DNA of 64,000 bases, taken from contig DAORKI010000001.1 of the NCBI GenBank assembly GCA_035439485.1, positions 67,893-131,892 of the forward strand, in the 5' to 3' direction. How positions within the stretch are numbered: position 1 is the first letter of the stretch; the number at the start of each line of letters is the position of its first letter. This DNA is from Bacteroidia bacterium (lineage in GTDB: Bacteria; Bacteroidota; Bacteroidia; UBA4408). A program made the position numbers and the translations under genes. The notes below the pieces were generated by a model. That model did not search any database. It worked only from the letters and a program-made list of their open reading frames with translations, and had not been told where the DNA came from. This document shows positions 9,735-19,167 of this stretch, one piece after another.

Positions 9735-10808
9735 ATGCAAGACAATTCCATACCAAGAACCGAATTGGAAAAATTAGGGGAGTTTGGGCTAATAAATTTT
9801 CTCACAAAAAATATTGTACATAAACAAAGCAGCACAATAAAGGGCGTTGGTGATGATGCAGCTGTATTGATGTTTGATAGTAATAAAAAATGTATAGTTA
9901 CCACAGACATGTTGGTAGAAAAGGTTCACTTTGATTTGTCATATGTACCATTAAAACATTTAGGTTATAAGTCGGTAATGGTGAATGTTTCTGACTTAGC
10001 AGCTATGAATGCCATCCCTCGACAAATAACTGTTTCAATAGCTATTAGTAATCGTTTTTCTTTAGAAGCTATTGATGAATTATACCAAGGAATTTATTTG
10101 GCTTGTGAAAAATATGGTATTGATTTAATAGGCGGTGATACAACTTCTTCAACTTCAGGTTTAATAATTAGTATTACGGCTATTGGAGAGGCTCCAGAAG
10201 AAAATATTGTATATAGAAGTGGTGCAAAAGAGAATGATTTAATAGTAGTTAGTGGAGATTTGGGTGCTGCTTATGTTGGATTACAATTGTTGGAGCGAGA
10301 AAAGGATGTTTATTTAAGTTCAAATAAGCAAGTACAACCAGATTTAGAAGGTCATGATTATATATTAGAAAGACAATTAAAACCAGAAGCTAGGATAGAT
10401 ATTAATGAATTGCTTACAAAATTAGAAGTTGTTCCAAGCGCCATGATAGATATTTCGGATGGATTGTCATCAGAAATGTTACATGTGTGTAAGGCTTCGG
10501 GAAAGGGCTGCAAAATTTATGAAGAGAAGATTCCTATTGATCCAACAACATATAATACTGCACGAGAATTTAATCTAGATCCAACAGTATGTGCTTTAAA
10601 TGGCGGTGAAGATTATGAATTGTTATTTACCATTGATTTAAAAGATTATGACAAAATAAAGGGCAATCCTAACTTTACAGTAATAGGTCATATTACCGAA
10701 GAAGCCCAAGGATGCAATTTAATTACTAAATCGGGAGCAGTTTATCCTTTAACAGCCCAAGGTTGGAATGCATTGCAAGATGTTGAAGAAGAAAGACCAG
10801 AGGAGTAA
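9735..10808 (+). CDS. thiL: Thiamine-monophosphate kinase (AIR synthase-related).
   Basis: GVGDDAAVL motif near the N-terminus with a PurM-like N/C domain layout. It is somewhat longer than typical ThiL. Confidence 0.7.
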   Translation: MQDNSIPRTELEKLGEFGLINFLTKNIVHKQSSTIKGVGDDAAVLMFDSNKKCIVTTDMLVEKVHFDLSYVPLKHLGYKSVMVNVSDLAAMNAIPRQITVSIAISNRFSLEAIDELYQGIYLACEKYGIDLIGGDTTSSTSGLIISITAIGEAPEENIVYRSGAKENDLIVVSGDLGAAYVGLQLLEREKDVYLSSNKQVQPDLEGHDYILERQLKPEARIDINELLTKLEVVPSAMIDISDGLSSEMLHVCKASGKGCKIYEEKIPIDPTTYNTAREFNLDPTVCALNGGEDYELLFTIDLKDYDKIKGNPNFTVIGHITEEAQGCNLITKSGAVYPLTAQGWNALQDVEEERPEE

Positions 10809-10812
10809 TTAT

Positions 10813-12120
10813 CTAGTTTACTCTTTTAATTTTAGCTCCAATAGCGTTTAGTCTTTCATCAATTCTTTGGTATCCTCTATCGATTTGCTCAATATTATCA
10901 ATAACACTTTTACCTTCGGCACTCATTGCGGCAATTAAAAGGGCTACACCGGCTCTAATATCAGGCGATGTCATGGAAATTCCTTTTAAAGCATGATGAT
11001 GATTTAAACCTATAACTGTGGCACGGTGTGGGTCACATAAAATAATTTGTGCACCCATATCAATTAATTTATCTACAAAAAACAATCTGCTTTCAAACAT
11101 TTTTTGATGAATAAGTACGCTTCCCTTTGCTTGAGTTGCTACTACAAGAGCTATACTTAATAAATCAGGCGTAAAACCAGGCCAAATCGCATCAGCTAAT
11201 GTCATAATCGAGCCATCAATAAAGGTATCAATTTCGTAGGAATCTTGAGAAGGGATAAATAAATCATCGCCTCGTAATTCCATTTTTACACCCAATTTTC
11301 TAAAAACGTCCGGAATAACACCCAATTCATTGTAAGCTACATTTTTGATGGTAATTTCAGATTGAGTCATAGCGGCCAAACCAATAAAACTGCCTATTTC
11401 AATCATATCGGGTAACATGCGATGCGTTGTGCCGCCCAAGTATTCAACACCTTCAATGCTCAATAAGTTACTCCCAATACCAGTAATTTTAGCACCCATT
11501 CTGTTTAACATTTTACAAAGCTGTTGTATGTAAGGTTCGCAAGCGGCATTGTAAATTGTGGTGGTACCTTTAGCCATAACTGCAGCCATAATAATATTAG
11601 CAGTACCTGTTACTGAGGCTTCATCGAGTAACATGTAACAACCTTGTAAATTGCTGGCTTCTACTTTGTAAAAACTATCATTTTCATCATATTCAAATTT
11701 GGCACCAAGGTTTTGAAAACCAATAAAATGAGTATCGAGTCTTCTTCTACCAATTTTATCGCCACCAGGGCGTGGTATATAACCTTTCCCAAATCGACTC
11801 AGCAATGGGCCAACAATCATGATTGATCCTCTTAAAGCAGCACCTTTCTTTTTAAATTCAGGACTATTGAGGTAATCCACATTCACTTCATCGGCCTCAA
11901 AAGTGTATTCTTCATATCCAGATTTTTCAACTTTAACGCCAAGAGCTTTAAGTAAATCAATCAGTTTATTAACATCAACTATATCGGGAATGTTGCTAAT
12001 AGTTACTTTTTCAGGAGTCAATAGCACTGCACATAAAATTTGCAAAGCTTCATTTTTTGCACCTTGTGGAACAATTTCACCTTTAAGACGAGTACCGCCT
12101 ATCACTTCAAATGTGGCCAT
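10813..12120 (-). CDS. murA: UDP-N-acetylglucosamine 1-carboxyvinyltransferase.
   Basis: MATFEVIGGTRLKGEIVPQGAKNEALQILCAVLLT... shows full-length EPSP-synthase-fold MurA similarity. Length is 435 aa. Confidence 0.9.
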   Translation of the reverse strand: MATFEVIGGTRLKGEIVPQGAKNEALQILCAVLLTPEKVTISNIPDIVDVNKLIDLLKALGVKVEKSGYEEYTFEADEVNVDYLNSPEFKKKGAALRGSIMIVGPLLSRFGKGYIPRPGGDKIGRRRLDTHFIGFQNLGAKFEYDENDSFYKVEASNLQGCYMLLDEASVTGTANIIMAAVMAKGTTTIYNAACEPYIQQLCKMLNRMGAKITGIGSNLLSIEGVEYLGGTTHRMLPDMIEIGSFIGLAAMTQSEITIKNVAYNELGVIPDVFRKLGVKMELRGDDLFIPSQDSYEIDTFIDGSIMTLADAIWPGFTPDLLSIALVVATQAKGSVLIHQKMFESRLFFVDKLIDMGAQIILCDPHRATVIGLNHHHALKGISMTSPDIRAGVALLIAAMSAEGKSVIDNIEQIDRGYQRIDERLNAIGAKIKRVN

Positions 12121-12289
12121 AATAAAAATACATTAAGTATGCTACAAAGTTTCAATAATATCTGCAAAGGCCGTTTCATCACTAAAAATATTGTTAACTA
12201 TTCATTGTGGATTTTTACAAAAAATATTTTAACAGTTTCTTGCTGTTTATAATGAATTAAAATAGTACTTTTGTGGCTCAATTTGTTAC

Positions 12290-12634
12290 TTGAAAAAAGC
12301 TATTTCACATATTTTATTGTTTTCGTTTGTGTTTCAAATAGGTCATTCTATGGCTATTGGGAATGTGATACACAAAATATTTTATGAAATAAGTTCGTTT
12401 TATAGCGATGAATGTGACTTAAACTTTTTTGATTTTGTTTTTAAAGATGTGGTTTGTAATTCAACACAAAGTGAAAAGCAAGAGCAAAAAGGTATGGATA
12501 ATGATTTAATTTGCTCAAGCTTTGAAGAAAATGCATTATCAATTGAACATGCAAGTGATAATAATTTGTATTTGCTGCTTTCAGCATTGCTACCTTCTGG
12601 ATTTTATTTTTCGCTAATTCAGCCTCCAGACTAA
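12290..12634 (+). CDS. Hypothetical small protein. It has a TTG start in the track and is weakly supported.
   Basis: An open frame with no recognisable domain. There is no ATG at the listed start. It could be non-coding 5' leader or intergenic sequence. Confidence 0.2.
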   Translation: MKKAISHILLFSFVFQIGHSMAIGNVIHKIFYEISSFYSDECDLNFFDFVFKDVVCNSTQSEKQEQKGMDNDLICSSFEENALSIEHASDNNLYLLLSALLPSGFYFSLIQPPD

Positions 12635-12706
12635 ATCAATCAAACTTTATTGAAGAACAATTAAATTTTCCAACTGGAAATTTAATTATTTATTACATTG
12701 ATATTA

Positions 12707-12786
12707 CCCGGATGTTTCTGTGGTGGATAATTAAAGGGCAGGTTTTGAGTTTTCCTGCCCTTTCATCCGGGGTTTTTGTTTTTTTC
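12707..12786 (+). terminator. Compound GC-rich hairpin followed by a T-tract, resembling a Rho-independent terminator.
   Basis: Outer stem CCCGGATG (12707-12714) pairs with CATCCGGG (12764-12771). Inner stem AAAGGGCAGG (12733-12742) pairs with CCTGCCCTTT (12754-12763). This is followed by GGTTTTTGTTTTTTTC. Confidence 0.5.
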
Positions 12787-12787
12787 T

Positions 12788-12795
12788 TATCTTTG
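12788..12795 (+). promoter_or_regulatory. Candidate Bacteroidetes sigma-A -7 element (TAnnTTTG) for the aminopeptidase gene.
   Basis: TATCTTTG lies 18 nt upstream of the ATG at 12813 and directly after the hairpin and T-tract. Confidence 0.35.
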
Positions 12796-12812
12796 TGCTC
12801 TACAACATTCTT

Positions 12813-14753
12813 ATGAAACTTTTCGTTTCTGTTATATTGAGCAGCCTTATTTATTCGAATTTTTTGTACGCTCAGTTAAGTGATTTGATGTTAATATCAA
12901 AAACTGAAAAAGCATATCATTCGAATAGTCAAAAACAGTCATCAGCAATATTGCCAAATAATTACGATTTGAAATATTGCCGTTTTAATTGGGAAATAAA
13001 TCCTTCCATAAAATATGTACAAGGCAATGTATATTACTTATTTTTTCATAGCGATAGCTTGAGTTCTTTTAAGCTTGAACTGAGTGATAGTTTGGTAGCA
13101 GACAGTGTTAAAATGAATGGAATTTTATTAAACTTTAATCACTTTGGGGGTATTTTATCAGTAAATTTTAGTTCATACTTATTAGCTAACCAATATGACT
13201 CAATTAGGGTATATTATCATGGTGTGCCTCCAGAAACAGGCTTTGGTTCATTTGCTGCAGAAACACATGGACCAAACAATGTACCTGTTTTATGGACACT
13301 TTCGGAACCATATGGTTCAAAAGATTGGTGGCCAGCTAAACAAGATTTGAATGATAAAATTGATTCAATAGATGTATTTGTGAAGGCGCCTAACATATAC
13401 AAAGTAGCCTCAAACGGTGTTTTAATAAATGAGGTCACGATTGGAGTGGATAAAATAACTCATTGGAAACATCAATATCCAATTGCTGCTTATTTAATTG
13501 CCATAGCTGTTTCAGATTACTCCGTCTTTACCAATCAAGCTCAATTAAGTACAGGCAATCTAGATGTAATTAATTATGTTTATAATGAAGATTTGGCAAT
13601 GGCACAAAATGCTGTTGGTGAAATGATAAATCATTTAAAATATTTCGACAGTTTGTTTATTCCTTATCCATTTATGAATGAAAAATATGGTCATGCGCAA
13701 TTTAATTGGGGTGGGGGAATGGAGCATCAAACCATGAGTTTTGTTGGAGGCTTTACATACGAGTTGTTAGCTCATGAATTGGCACATCAGTGGTATGGAG
13801 ATCATGTAACTTGTGGTTCATGGCAAGATTTATGGCTCAATGAAGGTTTTGCAACATACGCAACAGGACTTTGTTACGAGAGATTTTCACCCAATTTGTA
13901 TTGGAAAATATGGAAATCTAATCAAGTTAATTTTATTACTTCATCGCCTGATGGCTCAGTGTTTGTGGCTGATACAATGGATATTGCAAGACTATTTGAT
14001 GCACGCTTAACCTACAGCAAAGCTGCAATGTTACTACATATGTTGCGATGGAAAATTGGAGATGACCATTTTTATACAGCATTACGCAACTACCAAAACA
14101 ATCCTTTGTTGAGCTACAACTATGCACGGAACAATGATTTGAAAAACGAACTTGAAATACAAAGTGGCCAAAATTTAGATGAGTTTTTCAATGATTGGTA
14201 TTGGGGTGAAGGTTATCCATCTTACACTTTAAGTTATGACCAAAATAGCAGCAATTTGATTAGTTTTAGTTTATCACAATCTCAATCACATCCTTCAGTA
14301 TCATTTTTTGAAATGCCTGTGCCAGTGCGCTTTAAGAATACAAGCCACGATACGCTCATGGTTTTTAATCATACATTTTCTGGACAAATTTTTAGTGTTC
14401 AATTAAATTTTAAGGTGGACAGTGTTATAATAGACCCTGATCATTGGATAGTTTGCAATCAAAATGTAGTAAGCGCTAGCGAGGAATTAAAATATGAATA
14501 CGACCAAATTAATATTTATCCAAATCCAGTAAATAAAGTATTAGTATTGAATTTTCAAAACATGAATATTAAGGATCTTATTACATGTCAAATATTAAGC
14601 AGTGATGGAAAAATAATTGAATGTAAACAACTAATTGAACAAAATAATGTAAATGAGGTTTTATTAGACGTAAGTGCACTTTCAAAAGGATTATATTATC
14701 TAAAAATGATGAGTACTACAGGTAATTTTACATCAAAATTTATCAAGCAATAA
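12813..14753 (+). CDS. M1-family zinc aminopeptidase with a T9SS type A C-terminal sorting domain.
   Basis: Signal peptide MKLFVSVILSSLIYSNFLYAQ. HEXXH-(18)-E zinc motif (LLAHELAHQWYG...WLNEGFATY). The C-terminal ~80 aa (INIYPNPVNKVLVLNF...GLYYLKMMSTTGNFTSKFIKQ) match the Por secretion tail. The ATG at 12813 is preferred over the GTG at 12795. Confidence 0.85.
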   Translation: MKLFVSVILSSLIYSNFLYAQLSDLMLISKTEKAYHSNSQKQSSAILPNNYDLKYCRFNWEINPSIKYVQGNVYYLFFHSDSLSSFKLELSDSLVADSVKMNGILLNFNHFGGILSVNFSSYLLANQYDSIRVYYHGVPPETGFGSFAAETHGPNNVPVLWTLSEPYGSKDWWPAKQDLNDKIDSIDVFVKAPNIYKVASNGVLINEVTIGVDKITHWKHQYPIAAYLIAIAVSDYSVFTNQAQLSTGNLDVINYVYNEDLAMAQNAVGEMINHLKYFDSLFIPYPFMNEKYGHAQFNWGGGMEHQTMSFVGGFTYELLAHELAHQWYGDHVTCGSWQDLWLNEGFATYATGLCYERFSPNLYWKIWKSNQVNFITSSPDGSVFVADTMDIARLFDARLTYSKAAMLLHMLRWKIGDDHFYTALRNYQNNPLLSYNYARNNDLKNELEIQSGQNLDEFFNDWYWGEGYPSYTLSYDQNSSNLISFSLSQSQSHPSVSFFEMPVPVRFKNTSHDTLMVFNHTFSGQIFSVQLNFKVDSVIIDPDHWIVCNQNVVSASEELKYEYDQINIYPNPVNKVLVLNFQNMNIKDLITCQILSSDGKIIECKQLIEQNNVNEVLLDVSALSKGLYYLKMMSTTGNFTSKFIKQ

Positions 14754-14764
14754 AACATATTACT

Positions 14765-15148
14765 ATGAAAATTAAATTGGTTATTTTTTATACGTTTTTG
14801 GCAGTAGCAACCATATCATGTAAAAAAAATGGTACAGGAGGGGAAAATACAATTGCTGCATTCCCTAAACATCATGGTGTTAGCATTCCTAATGCCACGG
14901 TGTATATAAAATATGGAGCAACTGAATTACCTGGCCAAAATGCTTCGGATTTTGATGATGCTAAAACAGCAGTGGTTGATGGGTCAAGTGCAGCACATGC
15001 GCATTTTGAAGGGTTGTTAAAAGGCGATTATTACATTTACTCCGTAGGCTTTGATTCCACAGTAAATGAAGTTGTTTCGGGAGGAATTGCGGTAAAAATA
15101 AAAAGCAAGTCGGGCGAGCAAGATGTTGAGGTTCCAATGACCGAATAA
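14765..15148 (+). CDS. Small hypothetical lipoprotein.
   Basis: Signal peptide with lipobox (LAVATISCKK). 127 aa with no recognisable domain. The start is 12 nt after the preceding stop. Confidence 0.45.
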   Translation: MKIKLVIFYTFLAVATISCKKNGTGGENTIAAFPKHHGVSIPNATVYIKYGATELPGQNASDFDDAKTAVVDGSSAAHAHFEGLLKGDYYIYSVGFDSTVNEVVSGGIAVKIKSKSGEQDVEVPMTE

Positions 15149-15220
15149 ATTAACTTTTGTTTGTTTATAATGATAATTTAAAATGATTACTTTTAAAAAT
15201 AAAAATCTCATTTTTGTGGT

Positions 15221-15541
15221 ATGATAAGTGAAAGAGCAAACAGAATTATTAAAATCTTTAAAAATAAATACACCATAACCATAGTGTTTTTAATGACTTG
15301 GTTGATGTTTTTTGATCGATATGATTTTGTTACACAATACAAAACGGTGAAAGAACTTAAACAGTTAGAAGAGGAAAAGCTTTACTATGTAAATGAAATT
15401 GCAAAAAATGAGCAAGATTTAAAGCAATTGAAAGAAAACCCAATTTACCTAGAGCGATTTGCTCGTGAAAAGTATTTGATGAAACAGCCCAATGAAGATG
15501 TTTTTATCATATTGGATAATCGTACAAATACTATCAAGTAA
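15221..15541 (+). CDS. Septum formation initiator family protein (FtsB/DivIC-like).
   Basis: One N-terminal TM helix, a coiled-coil (LKQLEEEKLYYVNEIAKNEQDLKQLKEN) and the family C-terminal motif ERFAREKYLMKQPNEDVFII. Confidence 0.6.
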   Translation: MISERANRIIKIFKNKYTITIVFLMTWLMFFDRYDFVTQYKTVKELKQLEEEKLYYVNEIAKNEQDLKQLKENPIYLERFAREKYLMKQPNEDVFIILDNRTNTIK

Positions 15542-16769
15542 AATCAAATCAAATCAAACTTTGAATACGGCAACAATTACTAAACCACACCATAAGAAGG
15601 CAAACTTTTTAACATGGCAATGTGCGTTTTCTGGTCAATATGAAATAGAAGTGTATACCTCTGTTAATGATTTGAAAGAAGAATGGGAAAAGTTTGCTAA
15701 AAAATATGAGCATCAATTTCAAATTGAAAACATTGGCATAGCAGAAATATCGGGACTTATAGATTTTTCATACTATTATGTTTCGGTAAAGGAGAATAGC
15801 GAAATTGTGGCCTTATTTTATTTTCAAAGCTTAATCATACGAAAGGAATACTATCCTAACTTTTCCAATCTTTCCTTTGCTGCAAAGAATTTATATTGCA
15901 TTATTTCAGCCAATAATTACAATTTATTGGTGAATGGACATTTATTTAGCATGGATGTGCCAGGCATTGTTGTTAGAAATGACTGGAGAAATGAAAGTGA
16001 TTTGGCTAAGGTTTTTGATAAAGTAATCTCAAAAGTTAAGCGTGCTTGCGATAGCAGTATTTTAATTGTTAAAGATGCACATCCTTTATTGAAGAAGGAG
16101 TTGCAAATTCTTAAGAATAAATACAAACTTATGCCTGATGATGTGCTCATGGAAATGCAAATTCCTAAAGAGTGGCAAAGTATTGATGATTATATAAACG
16201 CCCTAAGTAAAAAGTATGCTGTTAGGTCGAAAAAAATAGAAGAAAGTACTTCGCATTTTGTGATTAAAGAATTAACGGCATCTGAGATTTTACAGCATGA
16301 AAGTACACTTCATAAATTGTATTTAAATGTAATTTCAAGGAGTTCATTTAAAATGGGAGTTTTAAATATGCGTTATTTTTCTAAAATGAAAGAAGTGTTG
16401 CAAGACAATTTTACATTTAAAATTTGGAAACTAGATGATGAAATTGTTGGCTTTACAAGTTATGTATGTTTAGAAAATCATATGGAATTGCATTATATTG
16501 GGATTGATTATAAAATAAACAAAAGTCATCACCTATATCAATGTATGCTACAAACTGGTATTAAAGATGCAATTTTTAAAAAACAATCGGTATTAAGAAT
16601 GGGCCGTACTGCCTATGAAGCTAAAGCAATAGCTGGTGCAAAACCTATAGTAAAGAGCAATTTTTTTCAGATCAGCAATCCAATTTTGAAAATAGGCTAT
16701 AAATACTCTGCAGATTATTTTATTGCCGAAAATAGCACCAATTGGCAGGTTAGAAATCCTTTCAAGTAA
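15492..16769 (+). CDS. Hypothetical protein with a GNAT/FemAB-like acyltransferase flavour. The start is uncertain.
   Basis: A 425-aa frame overlapping the 3' end of the previous gene. The C-terminal half (WKLDDEIVGFTSYVCLENHMELHYIGIDYK...LRMGRTAYEAKAIAGAKP) resembles the acyl-CoA N-acyltransferase fold. No firm family assignment can be made from sequence alone. Confidence 0.4.
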   Translation: MKMFLSYWIIVQILSSKIKSNQTLNTATITKPHHKKANFLTWQCAFSGQYEIEVYTSVNDLKEEWEKFAKKYEHQFQIENIGIAEISGLIDFSYYYVSVKENSEIVALFYFQSLIIRKEYYPNFSNLSFAAKNLYCIISANNYNLLVNGHLFSMDVPGIVVRNDWRNESDLAKVFDKVISKVKRACDSSILIVKDAHPLLKKELQILKNKYKLMPDDVLMEMQIPKEWQSIDDYINALSKKYAVRSKKIEESTSHFVIKELTASEILQHESTLHKLYLNVISRSSFKMGVLNMRYFSKMKEVLQDNFTFKIWKLDDEIVGFTSYVCLENHMELHYIGIDYKINKSHHLYQCMLQTGIKDAIFKKQSVLRMGRTAYEAKAIAGAKPIVKSNFFQISNPILKIGYKYSADYFIAENSTNWQVRNPFK

Positions 16770-16800
16770 ATTATATTAATTAATATAAGGCAAATCAAAA

Positions 16801-19161
16801 ATGCCTTATACCTTTGTGATCAAAACAATTAATTTCATGTGGCCATTTATTGCTAGAAAAATTCTTAGAAATCGTATTGCTTTTATAGTGGTATTAGGCA
16901 TGTTCACCACTTTTATGGCCTATCATGCATCAAGGGTTGAATTATCGTATGAGTTTGCTAAAATTTTACCTTCAACTGATAGTGCCTATAGCGAGTACAA
17001 TAACTTCAAGGAATTATTTGGACAGGATGGAAACATTATGGTTATTGGTTTACAGGACAAAGACTTTTTTACATTAAATAAATTTAATGATTGGCATAAT
17101 TTATCGCATGAGATTAAAAAAATAAAAGGCGTTGAAAATGTAATATCAATCACCAATGTAAGTAAGGTTGCTTTTGATGATAGTTTACACAAAATCATGT
17201 TTGTTCCTTTTTTAACGCATATGCCCGAAAATCAAGAACAACTTAACAAGGTAAAGCTGTCATTAGATTCATTGCCTTTTTATGAAGGTTTTGTTTTAAA
17301 CAAAGAAGCGGGTTCTCATTTAATGGCAGTTACTTTTTCACAAACGGAGATAAATTCAAAAAATCGGATAAAAATTGTAAATGATATAAGAGAATTAGCA
17401 TTAAAATATTCAGCTAAGCATTATACAAATGTTCATTTAAGCGGCATGCCATACATAAGAACTGTGTTTATGCAAAAGGTGTCAAAAGAAATGTTCTTGT
17501 TTTTAGGCTTGGCACTGGTACTTATGTTTGTGATTCTTTGGGTGTTTTTTCGTTCATTTTCATCTGTATTTGTTTCACTTTTGGTAGTTATTATAGGTGT
17601 AATATGGTCGGTAGGAACAATTGAAATGTTGAATTACAAAATTACTGTTTTATCGGCACTGGTACCTCCACTCATATTAATAATTGGTGTTCCAAATTGT
17701 ATCTTTTTTATTAATAAATACCATTCGGAGTATGCTAAGCATAGAAACAGAACAAAAGCAATAGCACGAATGATTAATACCATGGGCATTACTTTGTTTT
17801 TAGCAAATTTAACTACAGCAATTGGTTTTGCAGTGCTATATTTTACCAATAGTGCCTTACTGGTTGAGTTTGGCGTTGTTTCAGGAATAAGTGTAATGGT
17901 AACTTATGGAATAACCTTAATTTTAATTCCAATTGTATTGAGTTATTTGGCACCTCCAAAGGTGAAACATACAAAACATCTTGATGGTAAACGCATCAAC
18001 CAAATACTTGATTTTATTATTCATTTAGTAAGCCATCAGCGAAAAAAAGTCTATTGGTCTATTGGTTTAATCACTATTGTATCTATAATAGGAATGAGTA
18101 AAATATCGGTTTTGGGGTTTGTAGTTGATGATTTTCCTCAGAAAGATAAGGTGTATGATGATTTAAGATTTTTTGAAAAAAATTTCAATGGGGTTTTGCC
18201 TTTTGAAATTTTAATTGACACCAAAAAGCCGAATGGTGTATTTGAAGAGAATGCCAGAGCCTTGTATAAAATAAATGCATTTCAAAAGAAAATGGCTAAA
18301 TATCCTGAGTTCTCAAAACCACTTTCACTGGCTGAGGCTATAAAATTTTCATATCAATTTTACAAAGATGGAAATCCAAAATTCTACATTTTGCCGGGTT
18401 TTACAGAATTAAAAAAACTATCAGACTATAGTTTGCCAATTAAAAGTAATGTGTCGAATTTCAATTTGTTTTTAGATAGAAGTAGACAATATACGCGCAT
18501 AAGCTATCAAATGGCTGATGTTGGCTCTGAAAGAATAAAATCATTAATGGAAGAAATTCAGCCTAAAGCAGATTCAATTTTTGCTGGCACCGATTTTAAG
18601 GTAAGTTTTACAGGCCATAGCTTAATATTTTTAAAGGGAAATGACTATCTTTTATCAAATTTATTAGAGAGTTTACTCATTGAAATTATACTTATAATTC
18701 TTATTGGATTGGCATTATTTAGAAGCTTAAGAATTATTTTATTAAGTAAATTACCTTGTTTAATTCCTTTAATTATTACTGCTGGTATTATGGGCTTTTT
18801 TGGAATAAGATTCAAACCTTCCACTATATTAATTTTTAGCATTGCGTTTGGTATTTCAAGTGATGGTACTATATATTTTCTATCGCGCTTTAGACAAGAA
18901 TTACAAAGCAGGACACAAACATACGCTGGAGCAATTCATGCCACTATTTTAGAAACTGGAAGAAGTATGATTTACACCAACATTATTTTATTTGCAGGCT
19001 TTTTTATTTTTGCTTTATCGGATTTTGGTAGCACAGCAGCACTAGGAATTTTGTTATCATTAACATTACTAATTGCCATGATAACAAACTTATTATTATT
19101 ACCAGCTATTATGCTGTCAATTGAAGGTAAAATGGCAAAAAAGCTGTTGAAACTGAAATAA
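16801..19161 (+). CDS. MMPL/RND-superfamily membrane transporter (predicted exporter).
   Basis: 786 aa with two blocks of ~6 TM helices, each preceded by a large soluble loop (sterol-sensing/MMPL topology). Example TM stretches: GLALVLMFVILWVFF and LIEIILIILIGLALF. Confidence 0.75.
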   Translation: MPYTFVIKTINFMWPFIARKILRNRIAFIVVLGMFTTFMAYHASRVELSYEFAKILPSTDSAYSEYNNFKELFGQDGNIMVIGLQDKDFFTLNKFNDWHNLSHEIKKIKGVENVISITNVSKVAFDDSLHKIMFVPFLTHMPENQEQLNKVKLSLDSLPFYEGFVLNKEAGSHLMAVTFSQTEINSKNRIKIVNDIRELALKYSAKHYTNVHLSGMPYIRTVFMQKVSKEMFLFLGLALVLMFVILWVFFRSFSSVFVSLLVVIIGVIWSVGTIEMLNYKITVLSALVPPLILIIGVPNCIFFINKYHSEYAKHRNRTKAIARMINTMGITLFLANLTTAIGFAVLYFTNSALLVEFGVVSGISVMVTYGITLILIPIVLSYLAPPKVKHTKHLDGKRINQILDFIIHLVSHQRKKVYWSIGLITIVSIIGMSKISVLGFVVDDFPQKDKVYDDLRFFEKNFNGVLPFEILIDTKKPNGVFEENARALYKINAFQKKMAKYPEFSKPLSLAEAIKFSYQFYKDGNPKFYILPGFTELKKLSDYSLPIKSNVSNFNLFLDRSRQYTRISYQMADVGSERIKSLMEEIQPKADSIFAGTDFKVSFTGHSLIFLKGNDYLLSNLLESLLIEIILIILIGLALFRSLRIILLSKLPCLIPLIITAGIMGFFGIRFKPSTILIFSIAFGISSDGTIYFLSRFRQELQSRTQTYAGAIHATILETGRSMIYTNIILFAGFFIFALSDFGSTAALGILLSLTLLIAMITNLLLLPAIMLSIEGKMAKKLLKLK

Positions 19162-19167
19162 TAAGGA

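Noticed and set aside
12040-12252. Plus-strand 70-aa ORF spanning the murA start and the divergent intergenic region.
   Set aside because: It overlaps the murA 5' end in antisense and continues into AT-rich promoter DNA. There is no domain or start signal.
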